A DNA stretch of 64,000 nt from Octopus sinensis (lineage: Eukaryota). Position numbers and translations under genes: made by a program. The stretch lies in NCBI RefSeq assembly GCF_006345805.1, contig NW_021836151.1:62001-126000 (forward strand), in the 5' to 3' direction. Below, in pieces: positions 1 to 12,599 of the stretch. Position 1 is the first letter of the stretch. Each line of letters begins with the position of its first letter. A model generated the notes under the pieces. That model was not told the DNA's origin, did not search any database, and saw nothing but the letters and a program-made list of their open reading frames with translations.

Positions 1-885
1 ACGTAATAGCTAAGCATATGTTTTCTCAAAAAACTTTTGAACGGCCCAGAAATACAGAACTGGGAACAAGCTGGAGCCTTTTCTATCAGCTCTTTCTGCA
101 GTGGACTTTGTGAGGAGACTATGAACAGAGAATTTGGTTGACTCCTTAGTTTGTGGCAAGAAATAACTGCTTCGATGTCAAACGACATTCTTTTTAGAGC
201 GACTCTGGCCAAGGTGAGCTGGAAGTGATCTGATTTGACGTGTTCTTTAGGAAGAGGGGGAACATAGTGGGGGTTCATTCCTTTAAACTTTGGCATCCAA
301 TACATCGCCCTCAAATATCTCTTCATTGCAAAAGATTTGAGCCCGAATACACTGGAAATGATTTCGCCGACTTTTTCATTGGGAACGACTCCTTAAAAGT
401 CAAGACTCGCTCATATACCGTTCTTTTCCATGTGATAGATTATGTTTCCACAGCAGTGCTGCTGTTTAGGGTAATGGACTAGTTCCCTCTGAAAAGCTGT
501 CTCTGCAATCATCTTCCCTTTAGGAAAAACCTCCAATATTCTAATATATGAATCTAAATCTTGCTCCATTCCGAATTTCTATGAATTTAAAAGAGAATCA
601 GTACTTTCATGTTTTCGAGTGCACTGTTAATGAATTCTACGTGGCCGCGTCGTAAATTGCCTTGTTTGTGTAAATAAAAGTCGATCGCCCCGTTAAAAAT
701 CTTTTTATTTTTATCGTAGCTCTCTGAAGGATGTGCGGGGAGGAAACGTTCAAAACTGATTAATTCTTTGGTGTCTTCAGTTATAATTCCTTTCACTCTG
801 TCTGAGAGTGTTCTTGTTTTTTTAATTATTGATATATTTTTGGTAAGAATGTCTATAAATGATTAGTGAATTCACACAAACTCAT
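1..885 (-). CDS. ECSIT: ECSIT (complex I assembly factor), copy A, 3' end outside the window
   Basis: Near-identical to copy B: RRGHVEFINSALENMK, VHYPKQQHC, MYWMPKF motifs, with 29, 26 and 27 nt introns. Confidence 0.85.
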
Positions 886-1065
886 CGTATTTTATAAAAA
901 CAATTTTTAAATAAAACAATAATTATTAATTAATATTTTATAGAGTTTATTTTATCGAAATTTTTCGGTTCGAGATTAAAAGGATTTACGGAGCTATCAT
1001 TAATTAAAATAGCAAAAATGCAAAAAATGAAATTTAATATGTTAATCTGTTATTTGTTGTTAAAT

Positions 1066-1728
1066 TTATTTTTTATGAGCTTTTTTAACATGTCGAATAA
1101 GGTTGGAAGTATTTGAATACTTTCTTTTACATAAAGTGCAATCTAGTTTTTTATCAATATTTTTATCTCCTTGAATTGATAAGTTTTTGCACTTTTGGTC
1201 CGATTTATCGCATTTTTCACTATTGTATTCAATTGTATTCAAATTGTTTCGATAGATTAATGGGGTTAGATTATACATTCCCAAAGACATGAAATAGTAA
1301 TAAACTAACATTTCGTTATGTTTTATAACATCTAGCATGCTCTTGTAAATATATGGCTCTGAATAATTTTCATACTTTATCGAACATTCTTCCTTTAAAT
1401 ACAACTAATAGTATAATTTACATTTAGTTTTTTTTCTTCGGATTCGTCATTTTCTAGTGAGTGTTGCCATCTGCTAGTATCCATCGTAGCACCAGATTTT
1501 TTTACGCTGTGCTTTTTTTTATGTCTGCATAAATTGGAGTATTGCGTATATGTTTTACTACAGACCTTGGAGCGTTGTTTTAAGTGAAAGTACCTCACAG
1601 GTAAATGGTCTATAGCTCGAATGAATGTTCATATGTTGTTTCAGTCCTTTTTGAGACAAAAATGTTTTATGGCAAATATTGCACATTTCTTTTTTTTCCA
1701 TTTCTAAGTTATCACTGGACTTGATCAT
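1066..1728 (-). CDS. Small EVI1/MECOM/PRDM16/Hamlet/EGL-43-like C2H2 zinc-finger protein (about 200 aa), copy A
   Basis: Removing introns 1566-1593 (28 nt) and 1393-1421 (29 nt) gives [49 protein letters not shown]. This matches the EVI1 ZF6-7 signature GLKQHxHIHSSxKPFxCEVCxKSYTQFSNLCRHK. A terminal finger CTLCKRKYSNTSNLIRHVKKAH follows. Confidence 0.8.
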
Positions 1729-4283
1729 TCTTTCAAAATTATCATTTTTACGGTATTATTTGAATAAATTTGTATATAGATTTAGTGATAAACGTTTGTT
1801 ATCTGAAACGAAATAAAAGAATTGAATTGACTAAAATTCAAATTGATTTATATTATTCATTGTTTACTGTTTAATGGGATTAGAATTAAAAGCTTGGAAT
1901 CTTTTCACACGACCTAAATACTACAATTATTGATTAGAGAATTATCTCTCAAATATGGAGTTGACCCAATCAAAAACACCCCACAAGATCTTAAATGACA
2001 ATTAAACAAGATATTTGTAAATATTATATTTTTATGAATCAATTTTAACAGAGATTGTAAATCTCAGAAAACATGACCAAGTTTTTCCTTAATTTGATAG
2101 AGTTACGACCACATGTCAGTTTTTTTATTCCAATTCAAGTCAAAATTTTGAACAGAGTATTGCAGAAGATTTGTGTTTGTTATTTATACTTTTTGAGAGT
2201 TTAATAATAATCCAAAACTTCTCTTGCTAATTTAAAATATAGATTTAGGTGAAAGTTCAAGTAAGTAAAATATTAATTAACAAAAATGTAAGTAACAACG
2301 AAAATACAAAGCGTCAAACACATGATAAAATTAAAAAGTTTTTTTTTCTGATTTTAGATATAATATTATCAGCACTGCGCGATGTCATCGGGCATTAAAA
2401 CGCATGTGCAGCACAATAGGTCAAATTTCTGGAAAATTTTCTCCATTTCGTACCGTAACATGTAGAGTACTTTTCATTTCTAAAGTGGTTCAAATGCTCT
2501 TAAAATCCTCGTCAAGGACAATCAGTAGTGTTGTCCTTTGTCGACCTCTGAAGCATGGTCCGTTCTAGCCAAACTAATCCTCTATGGGGGCTATCTACTA
2601 TGCTGAAACATATTGAATTTTTTAATTATTTTTGAAATGTGCGTTTTAAATCATTTTAAAACAAGATTATTCTAGCATTAATGACTCACATTTGATCAAG
2701 CATCAAATGTTTAATAGAATGCTTACATAACAAATAACGACAAATAGCGTGAGTATTTATTATTTATTTAACAGAAACAACAAAGAAAAAATAAATATAA
2801 AAAATTTATAAATTTCCGTATTAATGTTCATGGCCGTGGAGACATCGGGGTATTCGCCCCGCAATCGTTTTCTTTTCTTCCTTGGTCGGGTGGGGACGAA
2901 GATTGCTAAGCAAAATAAGGATGAAAAGAGACTCGTCATCTTTTTCAAAATGTCTCTTTGGGATTTTCCGGGGGAACTCTTATAGCCCGGCAGTTCAAAA
3001 TAATTTTTTGTATTTTCTTTTTCGCTGAGATGTTTCAGAAAAAACAAATTATTGGCGAATAATAGATTTTTGTGAATTACATAGTATTGTAATACGAAAA
3101 ATGATGTCTCTATCAAAAAGGTGGTGACTTGCACAATTTTAAGAGTTACAGAATTGGCGAATTATATAGTCAGTGTATGCAATGTCAAATTTCGTTTCAA
3201 TATCCATGTCCGGAAGTCAGAACAATTATCGAACTGGTTTTGACAAATAAAAAATCAAGATTATAGATTCTTTCAAATCAATGGATTTGATCCTTGAAAC
3301 AATCCCGGAGACTAACCAGAACGAAAATCCTTAATGGTTCGTTCAATGTAGATATTAAAAAAAAACTTTCACGAAAATTAAAAGGCCATCGTATTATTTT
3401 TGAAGCTTACAGTTTTATGACGATCAAGTTTCGTTTTTGCTTTTAGGAAAGTCCAAATCCTTCTAATCATGAGAATACTAAAGGTTCGGATCCTTTGAAA
3501 CGTAAACAGTGAGGTTACTAAAACAACATAAAGCTGATTATCAAGTTTATTTCAAAAAATTAATTCTCGGTCTTTATTTTCAAAACAATCATAATTGAAT
3601 TTTTTGAAGCAGGTCACAAAAAATGTAATAGACCACTATGAAAAAGTCACATGTCTAATGTGTAATCTTCTCCTTCAGGCACAAATTGAAGATTAAATTG
3701 ATTTTGAAACACAAGTGGATTATAGTGAGTCAGTGTCTCTTTCTTGGTTTACTCGAATCATATTTCCGCCTTTCTGTTATCCTTTTGTTCCTTGAATCAG
3801 TTATTTGGAGAAAGGACCCCAAATAAGTCATTTTCCCACGGATTAGGAATCTCACAGAATGACTTGGATTCCCATTTCTGCCTCTACCATTAACAGGGCC
3901 ACTTACTGTCTTTGATTTAAGTATTCTACCTCTTTTTCAGACCTCATACAACAAATGACTCCTAATGAGAAATTGGTCAAGCTGTGGACATAGCGCAGGC
4001 AGGAGATCTAGAAATATTTTTTCTCTAGTACATGCTTAAAGAATATTACGTTAGACACTTTGTTTCATAGACATTCAGAAGGTTTCTTAGTGGATTATTT
4101 TCCCTACAATAAAATGTAATTGTCGATTATGTTTTCAGAGGCGAAATGTAACAAAAATCTATTCTCAGAATCTACTAACTTGACAAATTTATACTTTTTA
4201 GTAAAAAATCAATTATGAAAATTCTTTAATTTTTTATTATCAAAAAATAAAAAAATGTTAAGGAAGGCAATTAAAAATGAATT

Positions 4284-5965
4284 TCAAACATTGATTACTC
4301 TCTGTTTATATATATTCTCTACAAGCGATGAAATCCGGTCAAACAGAAGAATTGTGGTCGACTAAATATAACAACAACTTTACTCTGGGAATCACAAATC
4401 TCAGGCTCAACTGAGATGTCCCAATATCACTAAGAGTTCCCCGAATGAATTTGAGAACTCCATCAGCCCTAGTATAGCACCAATCATCGTATTCGTGTCC
4501 AGTCTAACATGTGTCAACAAAACATACTAGTTTTGGCGGATCAATCAGAAATAATGGAACAGTCAAGTCCACCACGTTTTGTCTTGCACAAAACTGAAGA
4601 ACGTTTCCTAATGCTTCGAAAGCAACACTTGTTGTAGGTATGAAGGCAGATTGCTTAAAAATAAAAATACAAAATACGAGATCATTAGAATTGCAGAGCA
4701 CGTGAAATGCAACGTGGATTTGGTTAAGATTGGAATGTTTGGTAATCACAACATCACCAACTGTCCACGGAGACTTTGGTCTACATCTTAAAAACATGTT
4801 AAATCACGTTTTTTTAAGTTGTGAATAAATATCTTCGAACTGAAAGTCACAGTAACGATCTGCAGAATTTATCAAATCTATCAACTTAAAATAACCATTG
4901 GTCACCTTTGGCTGTCTCTAAGGTAGGAGAAATGATGTCATCAGTAAAAACTAACAGTCCATTGAACTTGTTGGCATACAAAGACATAATAGAGTCAATC
5001 CTCTGCGGAGGAGAGATCTCTCTATGGATATTGATGACCAAATAACCCCCGGGAGTCTAGAAGGATGCTAAAGTCGATGGGCATGTTAGCAATGAGTCTT
5101 ATGTTATTCGTGTACATGAAGGAAGGGTCTATTTGTTAGTTTGAGTATCACCAGTACACACAGTGAAACACTCCTCCATATACTCCTCAGATGTAAGTAT
5201 CCCAGTCTCAAGTCCTACAGTGAAAGGAATTTGGTTATTTCCCGAAACAAGGCTGTCAACGTGGGCATAATAATTTTTGCGTTGTTTTTCCTTTTTTGAC
5301 TCAACCCTCTGTTTCCAGCTCAAAATAATTTCCTAGTCAAAATATAGTTTATATATCACATTTTCAAAGAAAGTGTCGTCTTGAGATTTTGAAGACCTTA
5401 AAAAGTTGTTTCAGTTGATTCACCTGTGGGAAATGAGATCAGTCTCACGTTGATGGTAAAGTCTGTTTATATCTTTGACCAGTTCATTTTCAAAATGAAT
5501 CAATGAGTCCATTTTTGACTGCAAAACTGAATCAAATTTTTCACGAAAACTCAAATTGTTATTTGTCTGAGAGATTCCGTTTGTTTTATAGTCGGAGTTA
5601 TACTTGACCCAATTCTATCATTTCTCGACAAAATAAAACGTTTTGGTACATTTCGGCAAAAGAATAAGACAAAGTGTCGATCATTTCAGAATTCACTTTG
5701 ATTAGCTCAATTAAGGGTTTTATTTTTGTAAAATATTGACTTGTTTCAACCTCTCGAATAAATTTGGTAAAATTCGTTTTAAATTCTTTAAAAATGTTTT
5801 AAAATATGTTTTACTTTCAAATAAAAAACAGGGAATGTCATATTTTTTGATAATATGAAGGCAATGTTCATTTATTGTTTTATTTAAAGGAAGTTCGGTA
5901 GGAATTGTTTGATTATATTTTTTTTGGCCTATTTCATATTCAAAAGTGAAATTAAATGAGTACAT
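4284..5965 (-). CDS. FERRY3: C12orf4/FERRY3 homolog, copy A (1-nt frameshift in the A-run at 5790-5794)
   Basis: GDVVITKHSNLNQIHVAFH resembles human GEFYITRHSNLSEIHVAFH. The N-terminal YSFNFTFEYEIG...ELPL...IPCFL and EECFTVCTG segments also match. Multiple short introns. Confidence 0.8.
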
Positions 5966-6532
5966 GGTTAACAACAAAACCACAGAATTAATATAAATTA
6001 GTTTAAATAAAATCTCAAATAAACGGAATAAATATATACATATATTTAAATATTTATCAATACAAACAAAATATATTTTTGAATTTATCTAAGGAAAAAG
6101 GTATAAAATATATTGACTTTCTTAAAATGAATATTTTCATTAAATTTTTTTGTTAAATGGCTAATCTACTGTGTATTTTTCGAATATCATTTGAAAAATT
6201 TGTATTGAATTTAAAAATGGGAAATTTAAGGCTCTAAAAAAGAAACGAAACAGGGTTCCTTTACAAAATAGCCCAAGTAAGTTTCCATCCATGCAATTCA
6301 CCATTAAAATCACAATCACAAAAGCCTTCCAACCAAGTTTAACAATTTACTTTAATTCAAAATTTACTATTTCTTTTTTTGCTCAGAATTGTTGCTTCTA
6401 ATTTTGTTTCCGAAAAGATTTTTTGTAATAAAATTCAAAAAAAACCTTCATAAACTATTTTAAATTTGTAATATTTTAAATCGTCGTTAGGTCCTTTTTT
6501 CAACCAATACTAAATCTCCAACTTCTTTTGCT

Positions 6533-9404
6533 TATTATTATTATTAAAGCAATCTCGCGGAATCAAAAAGTTAATTAAGATTCCACTTTTGCCATCCGAC
6601 TCAGGATACGCTCTGTTAGTCGTATCCACGCTCCCCTGTTACGTGCGAGGTATCTCAGTTCGTCCAGATCATCGGCCGATTTCAGTTTCCTTTCAATCGA
6701 CGTGAGATCATGGTCGAGCGTAGTCGGTAATGTTGTTCTTTGTCGGCCCCTATATGCCGTTTTATTTAATGAGCAGAAGTAGGATTCCATGTTCTGATTG
6801 GCCGGCGTTATTTCCGAGGCTCTTAGGACATGTCAAAAGAGCATCCACTTCGTGAAAATCACTTTCTTTGCAATCTCGGATGTATGGGTGATTCTGTAGA
6901 GTTCATTATTGGTCATCTTTTTTGGCCAGTGAATTCCCAGGAGTAGTCGTAGTTGTTTTCTGTGGAAAGAGTTGAGCTGCTCCAGTTCTTTAGCGGTTAG
7001 GCCCCAGGTCCCCGCGTTGTAAAGCAAGATTGGTTCGACAAAGGAGCTGTACAGCCGAATTCGAAGGCGGGTTCCTATGTACTTGCGCCTCATCCAGATC
7101 ATCCACATTTTTTGAAGGATGCAGCAGCCAGCACTTTCCTTCGAATAACGTCCTCCGAGTCCCCAAGGAGAGATCCAACTTTCTTGCATATTCTCCACTT
7201 CTCCTCGTTTCTCGTCCCCAGGCGGGATATGGTAGTTCTTTCCGTTTTGTCCGGGTTTATTACAAGGGACCAGTCCTTCAACGAATGAGGGATCACTTTT
7301 AATAAGTTTTCCAGTGAGTCCTGATCTCGGGAGACGAAATCAATATCGTCGGCGTAAATTACTTCCATCACGTTGGTAAAGCATTTATTCCTCCGAAGAG
7401 GTCTTAGGGCTGCCTCCAGGTAGATTATGAATAGAACCGGAGATAACGAGTCGCCCTGAGGTACGCCAGTGTCGGTTTTAAACTTCATCGAGGTATAGTT
7501 TCCCACACGCACGGATAGCGATGTGTTGGCGAGTAAGAATCTGATCATACGTAATGCATCCCCATCTAGGATGCCTTCCAATACATGCATCAGCTTTTTG
7601 CGGTTGATTGTATCGAAGGCACGGGATAGATCAATTCCAAGGATTGAGATTTCTTCTTTGTGTTTCTGGCACATTGCACACAGCCATCTGTGGCTCCATA
7701 CTACGTCTGCTGTCGACCTTCCAGGTCTGAATCCACTTTGACTCGGGTTTAGGAACTTATTTAAAGGTCCTGAAATACGATCCAGCACAACAAGGGAAAG
7801 TATTTTCCTTAGCGTATTCATTAGCGTAACCGGGCGTAGGCTGTTTAGATTTCCTTTCTCCTTTCCAGGTTTCTGGATTGGGATTAAAGTGGCATTCCCC
7901 ACATCAAATGGGCTGTGGCATTTGAACGTCCTGTTCAGGACTGTGCAGATCAACTCAACCACTCTGTCCGGCGCGTATTTTAATAACTCTGCAGTCACGT
8001 TGTCTGGTCTCGAAGCTCTGCCATTTTTCAGCTTGCTCAAGGCTGAGAGGACTTCATAGCGGGTGATGTCTTTATTAAGTCCTCTGGGTGTTCCTTCGAA
8101 TGGTTCCAGGTGGTCATTGATATTTAGTCGTCCTTTGTAAAAGGCTGCAATTTTGTTTGCTGATTCTTGGTCATCGATTATGGTCTTTCCCGCATCATCG
8201 AAGATTACAATTCTCTCCGGTTTGGTATTCCGGGATAGTTTCTTGGCTGCAGCGAACATTTTTGCTCCATTTTTGTATCGGTCGATGTCCTTTGCCAGGT
8301 TATCTAATGTAAGCCTAGCTAGCTCTTTGACCCTTTTCTTTATTCTGTATTTAATTTCGTTGCGTTTTCTTTTAAGAGAATCAACGAGGCCAGTCGAGTT
8401 TGACGATTCAATTAGGAGACGGAGTTTCCTTTGTTCTTTTGCAAGTTTGTCTATTTTTTTGTCAAAAGTCCCCTTGAATCCCCTTGGACGATTTCCCAGT
8501 ACCGTCTGTGCGGCCTTCTTAACTCTGATCGAAATATGCTTCCATAGTAGTCCGGGAGACGCATTCGAGTCGATATTGTCCAACAGTTTGAGTATTTTCT
8601 CGCCATACTTTATACGAGTATGGTCTGGAACACATAGGGTCTCCACGGCAAAGTTCCTGCCCTGTGTGCGAGCTGCAAGTACTCCAGAGATTCCAAAGCG
8701 TCGCTTTAGAATGAGGCGTGCCACCAGTAGTCGGTGATCACTCGAGGTAATCATGGCATTGTACGTACGGGAGTCCGTGAGTAACGCCTTCTGTGTTTGT
8801 CTGCATAGTATGTAGTCGATTTGGTTAAATATGTGAACAAGATTTCCATAGCAGTCTCTCCTCTGGCCTGTCCACGTCGTAATATGTCGAGCTGAATGTC
8901 GGAATGCCGTGTTACAGAGAACAGACCGAATGATTCACAGAAGTGTATGAGTGCCTCCCCAGACAGATTTCTGAACCCTCGAGCGTGTCTTCCCAGGCAA
9001 TTCGATTCTTCAAGCTTTTTTCCCACTTTGGCATTCCAATCCCCAGCTATAAAGAGCATGTAGGAGCTGGACAGTGATGAATAAGCCGATGATAGGGAGG
9101 AGTAGAAATCGTCGAGTTTCTCTGCGTTGGCGGATACCCTCATTGTGGTCTCCGGCATTGGTGCATATACATTAATTATCGATACGGTTGTTTTGCGATT
9201 GTTTCCAAGGCGTAGTTGAAGGATGGTAATTCTGTCGTTGATTTTCCACGCTCTATGAGTTACCACATCTGCGTCCGTGCGAACTGCGAAGCCCATCCCG
9301 TAATGTCGGCAGTCTAACGGCAGCAGCAGCAGTCGGTACCCGTTAATCGTTTCATCAAGGCCATTGGGGACTTTGGTCTCCTGCAGACAACATACAGAGA
9401 TTCC
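6533..9404 (-). mobile_element. 5'-truncated RTE-clade LINE (APE endonuclease + RT), present only in copy A
   Basis: APE motifs CLQET and FIAGDWNAKVG. RT motifs QSGFRPGRST, IDLSRAFDTI, GVPQGDSLSPVLF, YADD. (TAA)n 3' tail at 6532-6545 and TSD acttcttttgct at 6521-6532 and 9405-9416. About 3 frameshifts. Confidence 0.92.
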
Positions 9405-9879
9405 ACTTCTTTTGCTTTATTATTTAAATTTCGTTTTCTCGTTATTTTCTAACTTTTGTTTTCTCATCGTTAATTTCAAAATCTAAAATAAACCGTTTTT
9501 AAATTACCTTCTTTGATTTAATTTCAGTTAAGCTTATAATTCAAGCTTGATATTTTCTTTTCATTACTTTCATAAGATTTAAACATTATAAAATGTATTT
9601 TACTTTCATTCCGTATAAATGTATTATACTTTTTAATAGAGTGAAATAGGCTGAACGAATATTTATATTGTAATAAAGACAATTGAATCAAGAATCTTAA
9701 ACTAATTTTCAAGCAAAAACGCATTGCAAACAAAATGGAGGCATTATTTCCATGAGTGAGATTTTTAAAAAAGATGATTTTTAAGTAGATACATTTCTAA
9801 ATGATATTTGCAGATACGATGCGTCAAAGTTATGGAAATAATGACATTTTTATTGGTTATGATAATATGCAAAAGCATA

Positions 9880-10200
9880 ATGTTTATATCAAAAACTCCA
9901 AAATGATTATTTATGCTGACGATATTATGATACTTGACTCAGGGATAAATAAGCAATAGTATGTTAGAAAAACTAAAATCTTATAAGAAGAATAGTGACA
10001 TAATAATGACCTAAGTTTATCAAGACGAGGAAACAAACAAGAATAAGAATAATTTTGACTTTCGCGTTGTATATTTATCTGTTCAGGACGCTCAAGACCA
10101 GGACTCCATATTACACTGGGACACCCAAGAGCATCCCTGGATCGGCTGGAAATGGAATTTACATTCATAAGTGGAAATATGGTTTTGAGGAAATTGTGTT
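9880..10200 (+). mobile_element. Degenerate non-LTR RT remnant (counterpart at about 29450-29760)
   Basis: Reads SKMIIYADDIMILD (YADD motif) in a decayed frame with stops. Confidence 0.4.
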
Positions 10201-10527
10201 TTTTAAACATTTTAATAAGAAAAATGTATTGAATCAATGTATTTGCATGACTTATTATTATTAGCCTTACCACAAGAGCCATAGTATTTTATAGCCCAGA
10301 ATAGGCAAGAAACACACTATTTAAGTAGAGTTAATATTTTAATCAATCTTATGGCCAAGGAATGATTTTTTAATTAATGGAAGTAGGGCCAGGGGGTCTT
10401 TACTTTTTTTGTTTGGATTTTTTTTAGACAATGCGATCCCACAGTGGAGGGCCACTAATGATGGCGTCACTTGTCAAACCTTTTTCAAAACATCGTAGAT
10501 GCAAAGACCGTCCACTAAAAGGACAAC

Positions 10528-10593
10528 AGCCAGGCTTGAACTCAGACCTATGTCGCTTAAACCGACGCTTAATCACTGTACTATTCGCATGAC
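10528..10593 (-). mobile_element. tRNA-like (SINE head) remnant; copy at 30099-30164
   Basis: Minus strand has an A-box-like TAGTACAGTGA and a B-box-like GAGTTCRAGCC, but no complete cloverleaf. Confidence 0.3.
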
Positions 10594-10739
10594 TGTAAAA
10601 TTAAGGTGCCTCGAAATTATAAAAATGGTTTTTTTATAATTAAATAATTTAATGTATCACAAATGTGATATTGTGATTAAATTTTATTTTTTAAAATTAT
10701 TTCTAAACTTATAATTTAATGCCAAACATATCCATCAAT

Positions 10740-11743
10740 TCACCCACAGCTCGACAACTGTCCCAAATCTTTAGGCATTTCCTAAACTTAGGGACTAACC
10801 GACCCCAGTAGGTAGAGATGACCTTTTTACTGACATATTAAACTCTCCCATCTGCTCCAAAGCATCAATCTAGTCCTCAATAGCTATTTGTCTTGATAAT
10901 TTCAGTTTCTGCGCAATCTGTAAGATATCTCTTTTACTGTCGTTTGAAATCAGCATATTGTATAAAACACGGTTTTTTATCTTTGTGTTTTCAGTAATGA
11001 CCTGACTTGTTTCCTGTGAAAAGCACTGAGATTTTTAATAAATTACTCATTCTTTCTCATATTCCTGAATTTTACAGTAAGATGAACAGGATAAAAACAT
11101 ATTTTTACATGGCTTGAGAGATCTGCGTAACTCAACCATGTCGATTTTAATTTCTTCAGTGCTAATGTTGACAACATCCGAGTTTCAAGTAATTTAGAAA
11201 TGAAACATAGTGATATAATAAATTACTAATTTTTGTTAGACGTTGATTAAAGTTAAATTTAAACGTCGGTGTTTTTCTTAATAATAGAAAGTTGAAGAGC
11301 CAGTTTATTTAATCTGAGAACCGATAAACGATTGTGGAGGGGAAGTTCCGTTTTTTTCTCACAAAAGGAGCATTTAATTGTCCACCCTGTAACACTAAGT
11401 TGTTTGACAATGCATCTTCTGCATATTGTATGTCTACATTTGGGTAAGATTAGTGGCTGTCGTTGTTTCTCGTTGTAAATACGATTACAAGAACAACAGA
11501 TTCCGGAATTCTCTTGTTCAACGTATGAGGAATCAGATGAGGAATTAGAGCTCATCGGTGATTTGCTATTTTCCTCTTCCTCAGTGGGAGATTCTCGAGA
11601 TTTGACTTCATATCCGTCAAAAGGGTCGAAAGAATTGGAGGTATTCGAAGACCATTCGCTATTTTTTTATTAAAAAAATACCTTTGTTGTTGAAAAGATT
11701 CTTCTGATTTGGATTCCGACGTTTCACCATTTTCTGATGACAT
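10740..11743 (-). CDS. RING-finger (C3HC4-type) protein, copy A; 3' end approximate
   Basis: CCSCNRIY...LILPKCRHTICRRC...CSFC. A 23-nt intron (11659-11681) joins ORFs 11552-11743 and 11259-11555 into one frame. Further exons run to about 10740. Confidence 0.6.
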
Positions 11744-12089
11744 TTTCTACTGGGGCGCTAAGAAAATTTGTTTATAAAGATTTTTGTGCACATAATTCCA
11801 AAAACATAAAAATAGTTCGAAGAATTTAAAGTATTTTGATGTTTTTTGAAAAGTATAATAACCTATTTTCATCACCAAATCATTCTTTTTTCGACTAAGC
11901 TTCCAAAAAATGATCATATTTTTTGAAAATCGAATTTCACCCTTCGTTATTAGAATTGAAAATGGAAAACACTTTTATGTAAAAAACTAAATGGATTCAC
12001 GGTATATGTAATTTCTATAATTCGGATTTCGAATGTTCTCCAACGAAAATGTTTTTTCGAAAGACTAAATTGAATAGTCATTGGTGAAT

Positions 12090-12530
12090 AATTTTATAAA
12101 AAACCACATGATATTGAAGTTCCAAAATTTTTTGATTGCGTCGTTAATAGTCTATTTTAATGAAATCAATCATAAACTTGTTTATGGATTTGGACTATAT
12201 TATATAGATATACACAAGGGGGTATGGTCTCGATGTCTCCTTGTGGATATAACGATAAAACTGATCCGCCGCATCTAAAACATTTCTAGATAATATTGTG
12301 ACTGAAAATCTGCAGCCAGATTGTTAAGTTCTTTGATTTTTACACCGGAGTAGAGGCCATTGACCACTTTGAGGGTCACCTGAGCCTATTGAAAAATAAA
12401 TTCGCTCGTTTAGGCCATAGCAAAGCTTTGTGATTCGGCTTGTGATTTTATCAAGAAACACTTTTTTTGTTTTTCCGTCTAATTTGAAAATTTTTTTAAA
12501 ACAGCAAAACCTCATTTCTCAACAAACAAT
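12090..12530 (-). pseudogene. RRM1: Ribonucleotide reductase large subunit 5' fragment (ATP cone), copy A
   Basis: DGKTKKVFLDKITSRITKLCYGLN and AQVTLKVVNGLYSGVKIKELNNLAA match the RRM1 N-terminus. The ATG is lost, codon 6 is TGA, a splice donor is deleted, and the rest of the gene is absent. Confidence 0.8.
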
Positions 12531-12599
12531 TTTCGATTTAAAGACTTATTTATCAATATTCATTTTTTTAATTTTAAATAATAAAAATATTCAAAGCAT

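Noticed and set aside
2820-3000. RNase MRP/P or SRP RNA
   Set aside because: Only loose resemblance to CR-I/CR-V or the 7SL 5' end. The SRP helix 8 and other conserved elements were not found. Kept only as a low-interest unexplained island.
8153-8737. 194-aa plus-strand ORF (also 7030-7302, 7523-7741, 32288-32611)
   Set aside because: These are antisense shadows of GC-richer retrotransposon coding sequence.
11552-11555. ATGA stop/start overlap between two ORFs, resembling bacterial translational coupling
   Set aside because: A 23-nt GT-AG intron at 11659-11681 joins both ORFs into one RING-protein frame.
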